DNA of 64,000 nucleotides from an uncultured Gammaproteobacteria bacterium (GCA_964592785.1 CAZQHU010000002.1:12680-76679), one strand, 5' to 3'. Positions 40,512-50,363 are shown, numbered from the stretch's first letter. Program-made: numbers and translations. Notes: generated by a model not told the origin, from the letters alone.

Positions 40512-41564
40512 CTATTTCTTATTAATGCGAGCGGAAGGTAAAACTATTTCTTTCAAAAGGTCGGGTTGATCCAAAAGAATTCCCGTACCTCGTACCACAG
40601 CACTCAAAGAGTCATCAGCCAAACGGACGGGAATTTCGGTAGCTTCGGCTATCACTCGATCAAGACCTTTGAGAAGTGAACCACCCCCAGTCAGAAGTAA
40701 TCCTCTCTCGTGGATGTCGGCAGTCAATTCCGGAGGAGTTATTTCCAAAGTCATTTTTATATGTTCTACTATAGTATTCACAGAACGTTCCAAAGCTTCA
40801 CGAATTTGAACGTCAGTCACAGTCACTTCCCGGGGCAAACCAGTAATAACATCTCTTCCTTTCATGGCAAATTCAGTAGTTCCGCCCGTATCCATGGCTG
40901 AGCCAACTTTAATTTTTATTTGTTCTGCTTGTGTCTCACCAATAAAAAGATTAAAAACTTCACGTGCATATTGCATAATATTGCGGTTCATTTCATCACC
41001 TGCTACTGGTGTGGATTTCCAAGCGACTATCCCGTGTAAAGAAATAACTGCTACTTCTGTATTACCTCCTCCAATATCCACAATTAAATTACCTACCGGG
41101 TCTTGAATTGGCATACGCGCCCCAATCGCCGCTGCCATTGGTTCTTGAACCACAAAGACTTCTTTGGCTCCAGCTGATAGAGTGGCATCTTCCACAGCTT
41201 TGGTTTCTACTTCAGTAACTTCCAAAGGTACACAAATAATAACTCTTGGTCGATTCAAAAAATTCCAAGCATCATCTTGAATTTTATCAATAAAATACCT
41301 TAACATTTTTTCTGTAACCTCATAATCTGATATTACTCCCTTGGTTAAGGGACGAGTAACCGTAATGTGAGGGGGTGTTTTACCTAGCATACTTTTGGCT
41401 TCATTACCTACAGCCAATATTTGTTCGGTACGGGTGTTCACAGCAACTACCGAAGGTTCATCAATAACAATCCCCTTGCCTTTAACATAGACCAAAGTGT
41501 TAGCAGTACCTAAATCAATGCCGATGTCCTTGTTAAATTTTTCAAAAAAATTTTTAAATATCAT
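40512..41564 (-). CDS. mreB: Rod shape-determining protein MreB
   Basis: IGIDLGTANTLVYVKGKGIVIDEPSVVAV; actin-fold motifs. Confidence 0.95.
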   Translation of the reverse strand: MIFKNFFEKFNKDIGIDLGTANTLVYVKGKGIVIDEPSVVAVNTRTEQILAVGNEAKSMLGKTPPHITVTRPLTKGVISDYEVTEKMLRYFIDKIQDDAWNFLNRPRVIICVPLEVTEVETKAVEDATLSAGAKEVFVVQEPMAAAIGARMPIQDPVGNLIVDIGGGNTEVAVISLHGIVAWKSTPVAGDEMNRNIMQYAREVFNLFIGETQAEQIKIKVGSAMDTGGTTEFAMKGRDVITGLPREVTVTDVQIREALERSVNTIVEHIKMTLEITPPELTADIHERGLLLTGGGSLLKGLDRVIAEATEIPVRLADDSLSAVVRGTGILLDQPDLLKEIVLPSARINKK

Positions 41565-41567
41565 AAT

Positions 41568-42803
41568 TTAAATTTTATTCAATAATACCAAGTTGGTTTC
41601 CCCACTTTTCCGATCAATCACTTCTACACTTTCTTTTTCTAAAGTTTTGGCGCTAATAATATAACGATAAGGTATGCCAATTAAATCGCTATCAGCAAAT
41701 TTTTGCCCAGGAGTTACTTCTTCTCGATCGTCAAATAAAACTTCTTTGCCAGAAGCCAATAATTTTTTATATAATTTTTCAGCTTGCTCTTTTTCTGTGG
41801 AAATTTTGGCCAAAGAAACCAAATGAATTTCAAACGGTGCAACCTCTTCAGGCCAGACGATACCCTTTTCATCAGACAAGATTTCTACAATAGTGCCCAT
41901 AAGCCGACCCAAGCCTATGCCATACGAACCCATAAAAACCAGGCTTTCTTCACCTTTTTCATTTTTGTATTTGAAATCAAACGGCTCGGAAAATCTTGTA
42001 CCCAAAGTAAATATATTACCAACCTCAATGGCCTTTGCTTCTTTTAGGTTTTCTTTTTCTAAGTTTAAATCTTTCAAAACTTGGTCGTTGTAGACTTCTT
42101 TGTTAACTGCCAATTTTTTTTCTTCATCTAAATAAATAATATCTTCCCCTGCTTCACAAATAGTTTGAAACTCATGACTATAACGAGAAAAAGTTCCACC
42201 CGAAGCGAAGGTCAAATAAGTTTGTTTCGCTATACCGACACGATTAAATATTTTTTTGTAAGCCTCTGAAGCTTGGTTATAAAAAGATAAATGTTCAGAT
42301 TCATTTTTGGAAAATGAATATAAAGCTTTCCAAAAAAATTCCCTACCTCTTAAAAGACCTGATTTACTCCGAGCTTCATTTCTAAAAATCTCTTTAAAAT
42401 CATAAGGGTAAGCCGGTAAATCTTTATATGAATTAATATATTGTTTTAAAATATTTGAGTAAGCTTCTTCATTAGTAAAAGATAAACCAACTTCTGTGCC
42501 ATTTTTAAATTTTGTTTTAAACCAATTATCAACCAAAGAATCATCCCATCTATTAGATTTCATCCAAACTTCTTTGCTTTGTAAAACTGAAGTTTTCATT
42601 TCTATTCCCCCAATGGCATTCATCTCCTCTCTTATAATTTTTTCAATTTTTTTAATTACTCTCAATCCCAAAGGTAATAAAGAATAAACACCAGCCATTT
42701 CTTTGAAAACAAAACCGCCTCGGATCAAAAACTGAGCATTTTGGGCGGTCTCATCAGCTGGAACTTCTCGCCTAGTTTTGATAAATAATTGTGATTGACG
42801 CAT
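41568..42803 (-). CDS. proS: Prolyl-tRNA synthetase, minimal form without the INS editing domain
   Basis: MRQSQLFIKTRREVPADETAQNAQFLIRGGFV...YSLLPLGLRVIKKIEKIIREEM matches the bacterial ProRS N-terminus; only 411 aa. Confidence 0.8.
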   Translation of the reverse strand: MRQSQLFIKTRREVPADETAQNAQFLIRGGFVFKEMAGVYSLLPLGLRVIKKIEKIIREEMNAIGGIEMKTSVLQSKEVWMKSNRWDDSLVDNWFKTKFKNGTEVGLSFTNEEAYSNILKQYINSYKDLPAYPYDFKEIFRNEARSKSGLLRGREFFWKALYSFSKNESEHLSFYNQASEAYKKIFNRVGIAKQTYLTFASGGTFSRYSHEFQTICEAGEDIIYLDEEKKLAVNKEVYNDQVLKDLNLEKENLKEAKAIEVGNIFTLGTRFSEPFDFKYKNEKGEESLVFMGSYGIGLGRLMGTIVEILSDEKGIVWPEEVAPFEIHLVSLAKISTEKEQAEKLYKKLLASGKEVLFDDREEVTPGQKFADSDLIGIPYRYIISAKTLEKESVEVIDRKSGETNLVLLNKI

Positions 42804-42809
42804 ATAATC

Positions 42810-43214
42810 TTAATTTATTAATTGATCATTATTATTAAACTTTTTTTTAGAAAATTTTAACAGTGCCATGAAAAATATCAAACCCATAAAAATACCAAAA
42901 TTCCACCAACGTAAATAACCCTGACCTTGTAAAAATAATAAAAAAACTAGAATAAAAGAAATCAAAAAAGCCCAAACAAAACTTCTTTCCACAGCTTTAA
43001 ATAAAAGTATTTCTGTAGACGAAAAATAATAATAAAATAAAAAACTAAACAAAGAAAAAGTACCCAAAAGAGCTAAAAATAAACTAAAATAGAAAAAAAC
43101 AAAACCCATCAAAGCCTCTTGAAATGGATCAACATTCATTATAACCATACCCCAAGCCACCCAGCATAAAATGGCCCCCAAGGTCATAATCAAAAGATAC
43201 TGTCTAAGAGACAT
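42810..43214 (-). CDS. Hypothetical membrane protein
   Basis: 134 aa with four TM helices. Confidence 0.4.
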   Translation of the reverse strand: MSLRQYLLIMTLGAILCWVAWGMVIMNVDPFQEALMGFVFFYFSLFLALLGTFSLFSFLFYYYFSSTEILLFKAVERSFVWAFLISFILVFLLFLQGQGYLRWWNFGIFMGLIFFMALLKFSKKKFNNNDQLIN

Positions 43215-43285
43215 AATAAAAAAATAAAATAGCTTATACTATTCTATAGTTTACCCTTTTTGGCCAATTTTAGCAAGACTTCTTC

Positions 43286-43585
43286 TCAAAGCAAATAACG
43301 AATCCTGTCCACATCTTTTTTGCCTAATTTTTCATTGATTTTTTCAAGTATCTGAACTTGATGGGCCATAAGTTCAGCAGCCAGTTCGGCTTTGACGCAA
43401 GCTATGGTCAAGGTCCTATTTTTCAAAAATAAAGGCCTGAAATCCAAGACTCGATCTTCGCCGAAAATTTCCTTGATACTGTCCTCAGCTTTTTTCACGA
43501 CCAAATCAGAGACATCCAATTTTTTATTACTTGTCCCATTGTTTTTATTTTTTTTTGGAAAATTGTTGGAATTATTAAAAGTCAT
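43286..43585 (-). CDS. DUF721/DciA-like protein
   Basis: C-terminal RTLTIACVKAELAAELMAHQVQILEKINEKLGKKDVDRIRY fits the DUF721 pattern. Confidence 0.55.
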   Translation of the reverse strand: MTFNNSNNFPKKNKNNGTSNKKLDVSDLVVKKAEDSIKEIFGEDRVLDFRPLFLKNRTLTIACVKAELAAELMAHQVQILEKINEKLGKKDVDRIRYLL

Positions 43586-44103
43586 ACTATATACAAATAT
43601 ATATTATCATTTTTTTCTTTATATTGCCAATCTGGAAAAGTAAAACCATGAGAAATCACTCGACTACCTGGTCTCATTTCTTTTTTAATTTTTTTAGACA
43701 TCTCTTGCATTTTGGTGTTTATAAAATACATAAACAAAACATCAATATGATCTAAATCATATTGCCAAAAATTAGTGCATTGAAAACTAACATTTTTTAC
43801 ACCTCTAACAAAAGCGTTTAACTTTGACCAATAACAAAGTATCGGATTTATCTCAATCCCTAAGCAGTCAGCGCCAGTTTTGGCAGCAGTAAAAACTATA
43901 CGACCATCACCAGAACCAAGATCCAACGCTTTTTCACCTGACTTCAAATTTGATAAATAAATCATCTTATCTGTTCTCTTTTTATCAGTGGGTACAAAGG
44001 GAGCGCCTGTGTAAAATGAATAAAATATGTAAAACAAAAATATCACAATTAAAAACAGTAGAAAAAAAGAAGATAAACTTATAATTATTTCAATGATAAA
44101 CAT
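43582..44103 (-). CDS. Class I SAM-dependent methyltransferase with an N-terminal TM anchor
   Basis: SAM motif I ALDLGSGDGRIVFTAA; start set to the internal ATG to avoid overlap with the upstream gene. Confidence 0.65.
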   Translation of the reverse strand: MFIIEIIISLSSFFLLFLIVIFLFYIFYSFYTGAPFVPTDKKRTDKMIYLSNLKSGEKALDLGSGDGRIVFTAAKTGADCLGIEINPILCYWSKLNAFVRGVKNVSFQCTNFWQYDLDHIDVLFMYFINTKMQEMSKKIKKEMRPGSRVISHGFTFPDWQYKEKNDNIYLYIV

Positions 44104-44104
44104 A

Positions 44105-47035
44105 CTACAATTCTCTAAACTCACAAATATCCCTGAAATCACAATGAGCACAAAGAAAATGATTGGGAGTTGGGGTAAAATCATTTTTTTTGATATTTTC
44201 AATTGTTTCCAGAACTTTTTCTTTAATTTTTAAAAGTTCCTGATCAGTGCCTATAAATTCCAACTTAATATTTTCTTCTAAATAATAAAAAACTAATTGT
44301 TCAACTGGGCCTAAATTTTTGTATTCCGGTAGAGTTTCCACTGCCAATTGGTAAATTAAAAGTTGATCTTTATCATCAGCCAAAAGTTTTTCTTTGGCCT
44401 TACCTGTTTTATAATCAATTATTCGTAAATTGCCTTCTGTCGATCGGTCTATTCTATCCATTCTGCCTTGCAAAAAATAATCACCCACTTTTATTTTGAA
44501 CCAGCCTTCCAAAGAGACTGGTATCTGCCATTGGCCATCTTCTGCTTGATAAAAAATTTTTAAAATTTCTCTACCTTTTTTATAATAAGCTTCACGCTGT
44601 TTTTCGCTTTCATACCAATCGGCAATCCAACAAGTTTCAAACAAATCTAACAAATCTTGAAGTGAAGGAGCTTTTATTAATTCTTTTGAGGTGTTTTCAA
44701 TAGTTGGCAAAGAAAAAAGAGAATTTTGTTTGAGACTGTTCAATTCTATTATCTTTTCATAAAATTTTTGTAAAGTATTGTGGACACTTTGTCCAAAACT
44801 AAAACTAGCAGAACCTTTGGTTGGTATATGGAGAATATGAGCCAATTTGTATTGATAAGGACATTTTTGATAAGAATTTATTTGTGAATAAGAAAATTTA
44901 TCTGGAGTTGGGTAACTATTTTCTTTTTCTATCGAAGTATTTACCAAAGGTTTGGAAAAAATAGAAGAATTATTTTTTTGAATTTCTTCTGTAAACAAAT
45001 CCTCGGATAATTCTGTCAAAAATCTACTTAATTTTTTCTGGCGAACACCACCATAATTCAGGGCTGAAGTTAAAAATAACTTTTCTTTAGCTCGAGTTAC
45101 ACCCACATAAAAAAGTCTTCTTTCTTCTTGGATATGAAAATCTCCTTCAGGTAATCTTTCCTTGATCAAAGCCAGTGGTAATTCAATAGCTTCTGAACGT
45201 CTACGACTGGGAAACCTATCCTCTACCAAATTAACCATAAAAACATACCTAAATTCCAAGCCTTTGGCACCATGGATAGTCATTATCTTTAGTGAATCAA
45301 AAAAATCATCAGGGTGATGCAGAGAACCTTCATCCCCTGCTTCCATAAGATATTGGTAATGATTTACAAAATCAGAAACTTTGGCTCCTGACAAATTTTC
45401 TTCAAATTTTGCAAGTTCAGAAAAGAAATCACGTAAATGATGGATTTGTTTAATGATTCTTTCATCACCCTCTGTTTCTTTTTTCGTTAAATAAGCCAAA
45501 TAACCACTGTTTTCCAAAAAATCCAATAGAACAACTGTGGGTTTTTCTGTACGCGCTTTTTTTACTCCTTCGATTATTAAAGAATACAGATGCTGACAAA
45601 TATTTTCACCTTTTTGGCTCAGACCAATTTCTGGAATGATTTTTAAAACTTCAAAATAACTTAATGATTTTTTCTTTGAAAAATGAATTAATTGTTGTAA
45701 ATCTTCTTCGGATAACCCCCAAAAAGGCAGTAGTAGAAGCCGATAAATCGCTGTTGACTCATGATAATGATCAATAACTTTCAAAAAATTCAGAACATCT
45801 AAAATAATAGGTTGACGATAGAGCCCAGAAGAAGCTAAAAATTCATAAGGGATTTTGGCTTTTTCCAAAGCATTTATAAAAGGATCGGCCTGTGCATTGG
45901 CTCTAATCAAAATAACAAAATCACTCCAAACCGCACCTTGATTTTTTAATTCAAAAATTTTTTGTAATACCCAATCCACTTCTGCTTCTATTGTTTTTTC
46001 TTGAACTTGTAAAATTTGTGAATTTATTTGATTATTTTTAGCATCCAATTTTTTAACAATGTTTAATTTAACTTCCAAGCGATCCGGATTGTTATTCTGT
46101 ATTGAATGATATGCCAAATCCAAAATCTTCTGCCCCGAACGATAATTTTCTGTCAAAACAATTTCTTTGGCTTCTGGATAATCATCTTTGAAACGTAAAA
46201 TATTGGAAACACTGGCACCCCGAAAAGCATAAATACTTTGGTCATCATCACCCACGACTGTCAGTTGACTATTCTTGGCCAAAAGTCTGACTAGTTCATA
46301 TTGAGCAAAATTTACATCTTGAAATTCATCTACTAAAATAAATCTGAATTGTGAACGCAATTGTTCTAAAATATTTTGTCTTTCTTTGAGTAACTTTAAA
46401 CTATAGAAAATTAAATCTCCAAAATCCAGGGCATTATTATCCAAGAGCAATTGATTATAAACATGATAGGCATTGGCCACCTCTTCCAAGCGAGTTTTTT
46501 CGTCACTATTTATTTGATCGCTATCCAATTTTAAATTTTCTACATAAGAAAGATAATCATCCGTTGAAATCAATTCATCTTTACATTTGGAAAAATGCTT
46601 GATCAATTCATGAATATGCCGTGCAGGATTGCCAATAGGGCGATAATAATTCAAATTAAATTTATCTAAATTTTCCCTTACCAAGAGCCAGGCATCGATA
46701 TTGGTGAGAAGTTTAAAATGATTGGGTAAACCAATATCCAAACCATAATTTTCTAAAAGTTTTTGGCCAAAAGCATGAAAAGTGGAAATTTGCATCTCAC
46801 TATAGCCAATTGTCAATTGTTGATCTACTCTTTCTTCCATTTCTCCAGCGGCTTTTTCAGTAAAAGTCAAAGCCAAAATTTCTTCAGGTTTAGCTAATTT
46901 TTTATTTATTAAATAATTTATTTTTTCGCTAATAACAGTAGTTTTGCCTGTACCAGCTCCGGCCACGATCAAAAGTGGACCACTGATGTAATCCACTGCC
47001 TCCTGCTGTTGTTTGTTCAAAATTTTTTCTGACAT
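44105..47035 (-). CDS. UvrD/PcrA-type SF1 helicase fused to a C-terminal PD-(D/E)XK RecB/Cas4-like nuclease with an FeS cysteine cluster (AddA-like)
   Basis: N-terminal Walker A LIVAGAGTGKTTV, UvrD helicase motifs, and a C-terminal nuclease ending ...CPYQYKL...FLCAHCDFRDICEF. Confidence 0.85.
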   Translation of the reverse strand: MSEKILNKQQQEAVDYISGPLLIVAGAGTGKTTVISEKINYLINKKLAKPEEILALTFTEKAAGEMEERVDQQLTIGYSEMQISTFHAFGQKLLENYGLDIGLPNHFKLLTNIDAWLLVRENLDKFNLNYYRPIGNPARHIHELIKHFSKCKDELISTDDYLSYVENLKLDSDQINSDEKTRLEEVANAYHVYNQLLLDNNALDFGDLIFYSLKLLKERQNILEQLRSQFRFILVDEFQDVNFAQYELVRLLAKNSQLTVVGDDDQSIYAFRGASVSNILRFKDDYPEAKEIVLTENYRSGQKILDLAYHSIQNNNPDRLEVKLNIVKKLDAKNNQINSQILQVQEKTIEAEVDWVLQKIFELKNQGAVWSDFVILIRANAQADPFINALEKAKIPYEFLASSGLYRQPIILDVLNFLKVIDHYHESTAIYRLLLLPFWGLSEEDLQQLIHFSKKKSLSYFEVLKIIPEIGLSQKGENICQHLYSLIIEGVKKARTEKPTVVLLDFLENSGYLAYLTKKETEGDERIIKQIHHLRDFFSELAKFEENLSGAKVSDFVNHYQYLMEAGDEGSLHHPDDFFDSLKIMTIHGAKGLEFRYVFMVNLVEDRFPSRRRSEAIELPLALIKERLPEGDFHIQEERRLFYVGVTRAKEKLFLTSALNYGGVRQKKLSRFLTELSEDLFTEEIQKNNSSIFSKPLVNTSIEKENSYPTPDKFSYSQINSYQKCPYQYKLAHILHIPTKGSASFSFGQSVHNTLQKFYEKIIELNSLKQNSLFSLPTIENTSKELIKAPSLQDLLDLFETCWIADWYESEKQREAYYKKGREILKIFYQAEDGQWQIPVSLEGWFKIKVGDYFLQGRMDRIDRSTEGNLRIIDYKTGKAKEKLLADDKDQLLIYQLAVETLPEYKNLGPVEQLVFYYLEENIKLEFIGTDQELLKIKEKVLETIENIKKNDFTPTPNHFLCAHCDFRDICEFREL

Positions 47036-47041
47036 TTGAAA

Positions 47042-47464
47042 TTATTTTAAACTAATCAAAATTGCTCCACCAGCAATCATAGCCGAACCTAGTAAACTTC
47101 GCCAAGTTAAACCTTCACCAAGAAACATCGCTGCCAATAAAATCACAAAAACAATACTCAATCGATCAATCGCTACTACCTTACCAGCAATACCATATTT
47201 AAGAGCAAAAAAATAAAATAACCAAGATAGAGCCCCGGCAATACCAGACAAGGTGATCAAGAGCCAATCTTTACCACTTAAATCATTAAAATTGAAACCA
47301 TTAAACTTTTTCATGGCCAAAGCTAGAGAAAACAAAAAAATCGCCATGATAATAGAGCGAATGGTAGTCGCCAAGGTAGAATCTACGGTCTTTAGACCCA
47401 ATTTACCAAAAATAGCCACAGCTGCGGCAAAAGCTGCTGAAAGAAAAGCATAAAATAACCACAT
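47042..47464 (-). CDS. EamA/DMT-superfamily small membrane transporter (4 TM)
   Basis: 140-aa four-helix membrane protein with the EamA-like pattern. Confidence 0.55.
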   Translation of the reverse strand: MWLFYAFLSAAFAAAVAIFGKLGLKTVDSTLATTIRSIIMAIFLFSLALAMKKFNGFNFNDLSGKDWLLITLSGIAGALSWLFYFFALKYGIAGKVVAIDRLSIVFVILLAAMFLGEGLTWRSLLGSAMIAGGAILISLK

Positions 47465-47539
47465 AATAAATTATCTAAAAAATAATTAAGACTGATTTAT
47501 TTTAACATTATTTTTTATAAATTGACAGTACCCAAAAAC

Positions 47540-47566
47540 AAAAGCGGTTTTTTGACCGCTTTTGTA
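47540..47566. terminator. Bidirectional terminator hairpin
   Basis: aaaagcggttttttgaccgctttt. Confidence 0.65.
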
Positions 47567-47570
47567 AGAA

Positions 47571-47702
47571 TTACATTTCTTCATCAGAGAGATCTTCTTC
47601 ATCACTCTCTTCGGAATAGCACTCGCAACAATTGTCGCAAGCGTCGCACTTTGGACAAGCAATATCCTCATCCATGGGCATACCACATTGTGGACACTCC
47701 AT
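47571..47702 (-). CDS. Small zinc-ribbon protein (44 aa; absent from the ORF track)
   Basis: Manual translation gives MECPQCGMPMDEDIACPKCDACDNCCECYSEESDEEDLSDEEM (CPxCG plus CPKC and an acidic tail); a terminator hairpin follows. Confidence 0.45.
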   Translation of the reverse strand: MECPQCGMPMDEDIACPKCDACDNCCECYSEESDEEDLSDEEM

Positions 47703-47777
47703 ATAAAATATTAATGATTATTGTATGTCTATATTATCCCACATCTATAATATTTTCGTCCAGAAATTCATCCACAA

Positions 47778-49091
47778 CTAGATAGCCTCCCCTGGTTTTT
47801 CCATTTTCATTCCACTTTGTTTCATTACTTCTTTTTCAAAAAGAATGGCACCCAAAACTGTAACCAAGATTACAGCCAAAAGACCGGCCGCTGCGGTGAT
47901 TTCATCCAAAGCATGATTGGCCAAAGCCACAGCAATAAACACCAATCCCACTTCGCCACGGATTGACATAGCCAAACCCACCAATTTACCATCTTCTTTA
48001 TCTTTCAAAAGATAACGAGTAAGATACTTACCTACAAAAGCTAAAGCAGTGAGAATGATCGCCCAAAGCCAAGCCTTGGGAGCTAATAAAGATTCCCGAG
48101 GTAACATCGTACCAATACTGACCAAAAATCCACCAACAAAAATGTGCATATACCCTTCAACTTTTTCCCAAGTTTCGTGCTTAAGTTCATTATCAACTTT
48201 GGATAATACCACCCCGATACCAAAAGCACCTAGAACTGGTTCAAGACCAATAACCCCAGCCAAAGCACCGGCCAACATGAGTGCCCCGAAGAAAAATCTA
48301 GTAAAAGGCCCGGTGACTGCTTCAGAATTTTCTTGATAATGTTTTTCCAAGTACTTGGCAATTTTGTCAGCCACACCCCACATCCAAAGTACATAAGCCC
48401 CACCAAAGAAAGCGATTACCGCTACAAAAATCCAAACAATACTCATGGCTTCAAGTTGTCCTCCTGATAACTTAGCCAAAATAGTCAAAACCAAAACGCC
48501 TAAAATATCATCAATGACCGCAGCTCCCACAATTTTATTACCCACATCACTTTCCAATTTACCTGCTCTCTTCAAAGCCTCAACTGAAAGACCAACAGAG
48601 GTGGCAGTAAAAACACCGCCCAAAAATATTGCTGGCATCCAAGCCAAAGCAAAAACGTAATGTCCCAATAAAGCCACAGTTACCAGAGGAACCAAAACAC
48701 CTACACAAGCAATGACTGTGGAAATAAACCAATTTTTCTTGAGTAATTCCATGTCAAAATGAAGACCGGCTTCAAAAAGAATAAATAAAACACCAGCTAA
48801 ACGAGCCAATTCCACACCTTCGGAATATGGTTGTAAAATCCCCAATACTGCTGGGCCGGCTACTATACCCATGATAATTTTACCAGCCATAGGTGCAAAG
48901 CCAAGTAATTTGGCCAAACGACCGCCAAACGAGGCATAAACAGCCAAAAAAGCGATATCTATAAGCATCACCATAATCACGCTAATCTCATGACTGTGTG
49001 AGGCTTCTAGAGCAGCCCGCAAATAGTGCAAACCTACTGAGATGACCAAAACTTCTATAATCAACGTCAGCAAAGATCTTAATTTTTGCAT
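47778..49091 (-). CDS. Cation:proton antiporter (Na+/H+ exchanger family)
   Basis: 437 aa with 11-12 TM helices and the CPA-family pattern. Confidence 0.75.
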   Translation of the reverse strand: MQKLRSLLTLIIEVLVISVGLHYLRAALEASHSHEISVIMVMLIDIAFLAVYASFGGRLAKLLGFAPMAGKIIMGIVAGPAVLGILQPYSEGVELARLAGVLFILFEAGLHFDMELLKKNWFISTVIACVGVLVPLVTVALLGHYVFALAWMPAIFLGGVFTATSVGLSVEALKRAGKLESDVGNKIVGAAVIDDILGVLVLTILAKLSGGQLEAMSIVWIFVAVIAFFGGAYVLWMWGVADKIAKYLEKHYQENSEAVTGPFTRFFFGALMLAGALAGVIGLEPVLGAFGIGVVLSKVDNELKHETWEKVEGYMHIFVGGFLVSIGTMLPRESLLAPKAWLWAIILTALAFVGKYLTRYLLKDKEDGKLVGLAMSIRGEVGLVFIAVALANHALDEITAAAGLLAVILVTVLGAILFEKEVMKQSGMKMEKPGEAI

Positions 49092-49174
49092 ACAATAAAT
49101 TAATTAATAAAATTGTTTTAACCGGCAATAGTATACTCTAAATATAAATACTTTTCAATATTATTTGTGGATAA

Positions 49175-49207
49175 AAAAATAACCAGTAATTTCGGTTATT
49201 TTTTAAA
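49175..49207. terminator. Bidirectional intrinsic terminator
   Basis: aaataaccagtaatttcggttattt flanked by an A-run and a T-run. Confidence 0.6.
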
Positions 49208-49298
49208 AAATATTTTATTCCCCCACCCCGCGCCGGATCTTACCTTGTCTTAAAAAGACTTGGCAGAAATTCCGGCGCGGGGGCCTCGGCAGGTCGGC

Positions 49299-49775
49299 CT
49301 AGAAGACCAAGAAACGGAAACGGTACCTGAGATCATCGGTCCCAAGAGGTTCGAGCACCAACCCGTAGGCGGGGATTCCGAATCTCTGCTGGAACCACTG
49401 CAGACCATCATGAGCGGTCTGAATGTTCTCCAGATCACCCAAACCGCCATCGGCAGCAGCGTGGCAACCGACCACCGAACCCCGTCCGATGTGGGTGATC
49501 CCCACGAAGTGTGTAGGCTGGAAGATCCTCACCGCCCGCTCCAACAACTCACGGTTGTTGAATGGCGACCCTTCTGCCAGCCCGAGAATGGTACCGGGAG
49601 TAGCCACGACGTGCTTATCCCAGCCCTTGGAGCCGGCAGCACAGTCGATCCCCATCATCAGTTTCACGGAAAATCGATCATCTGAACACACGGCAAAAAG
49701 CACGCGTGCACCCTCCGGAATCAACAGTTCACTCAACTTGACCACATCAACCATAACTGAAGTAACTTCGGGCAT
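49299..49775 (-). CDS. Hypothetical 158-aa protein in GC-rich island 2
   Basis: About 60% GC in a roughly 33% GC background. SD GAGGTG 5 nt before the ATG (MPEVTSV...). Plus-strand ORFs here look non-proteinaceous. No family recognised; weak flavodoxin-like/CxDxR-like hints only. Confidence 0.45.
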   Translation of the reverse strand: MPEVTSVMVDVVKLSELLIPEGARVLFAVCSDDRFSVKLMMGIDCAAGSKGWDKHVVATPGTILGLAEGSPFNNRELLERAVRIFQPTHFVGITHIGRGSVVGCHAAADGGLGDLENIQTAHDGLQWFQQRFGIPAYGLVLEPLGTDDLRYRFRFLVF

Positions 49776-49855
49776 CTGACACCTCACTTTTCTTTGTTTA
49801 TTACCGGTTTCCGCCGGTACGGTTCCCTTTCCGCCGAGGAAGGGTGTTGCTAGAA

Positions 49856-49884
49856 CTTATATCAAAAAATCTTAAAAAAGTCAA
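49856..49884 (-). promoter_or_regulatory. Sigma70-like promoter driving island 2
   Basis: Minus strand TTGACT, a 17-nt spacer, then TATAAG; about 90 nt upstream of the ORF. Confidence 0.55.
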
Positions 49885-49888
49885 GACA

Positions 49889-49918
49889 AAAAAACAGCCG
49901 AATAATGGCTGTTTTAAA
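49889..49918 (-). terminator. Intrinsic terminator after the SnoaL-like gene
   Basis: aaaaacagccattattcggctgttttttt on the minus strand. Confidence 0.7.
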
Positions 49919-49933
49919 AAATATTTTATTTTA

Positions 49934-50359
49934 TTATTCTCTCGGTTTGACTGATGAATGATGATGAATAATTTTCCATTCTCCTTGGTCATTTTTTTGC
50001 CACACAAATGAAAATCTAGCTTCAACTACCTGTCTATTTGATTCCGGACCAACTTCAAAATTATACATTCCAGAATGGAGATAAACATCCTGCCCCAAAA
50101 CTTGAACTTCATCCTGCACTATTTCACCATTAGGATTTTTTTTCAAAAAATGATGAAAATAACTCTCTGCCCCAGACTGACCTTTTTTAAATTCAGAAGA
50201 AACGGTTGGTAAAAATGTGGCCTCTGGTGTATATAAATCAGCAACAACTTTAGGATCACGTGTTAACAAAGCTTCACCCCAACGAGAAAAATTATTTTTA
50301 GCAATTTCGTTAAATTCAATTTCTCTATTTTTTGTAGAACTTTCTTGTGTATCTGACAT
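49934..50359 (-). CDS. SnoaL/NTF2-like fold protein (DUF4440-like)
   Basis: 141 aa with an NTF2-like pattern (WGEALLTRDPKVVADLYTPEATF...W..I). Confidence 0.5.
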   Translation of the reverse strand: MSDTQESSTKNREIEFNEIAKNNFSRWGEALLTRDPKVVADLYTPEATFLPTVSSEFKKGQSGAESYFHHFLKKNPNGEIVQDEVQVLGQDVYLHSGMYNFEVGPESNRQVVEARFSFVWQKNDQGEWKIIHHHSSVKPRE

Positions 50360-50363
50360 AATT

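Noticed and set aside
47486-47686. Track ORF of 66 aa on the minus strand
   Set aside because: A different frame of the same locus encodes a far more convincing Cys-rich zinc-ribbon peptide with a terminator; this frame has no start context or features.
49260-49779. Plus-strand ORFs (141 and 118 aa) in GC-rich island 2
   Set aside because: Their translations are Pro/Gly/Ser/Thr-rich without a hydrophobic core. Long stop-free frames are expected by chance in 60-65% GC DNA. The minus-strand ORF has the promoter and SD.
49800-49860. preQ1-I or guanidine-III riboswitch in the island 2 leader
   Set aside because: Partial string resemblance only (CUAGCAACACCCU; CCGUACCGG). The P1 stem and pseudoknot partners required by those classes are absent.
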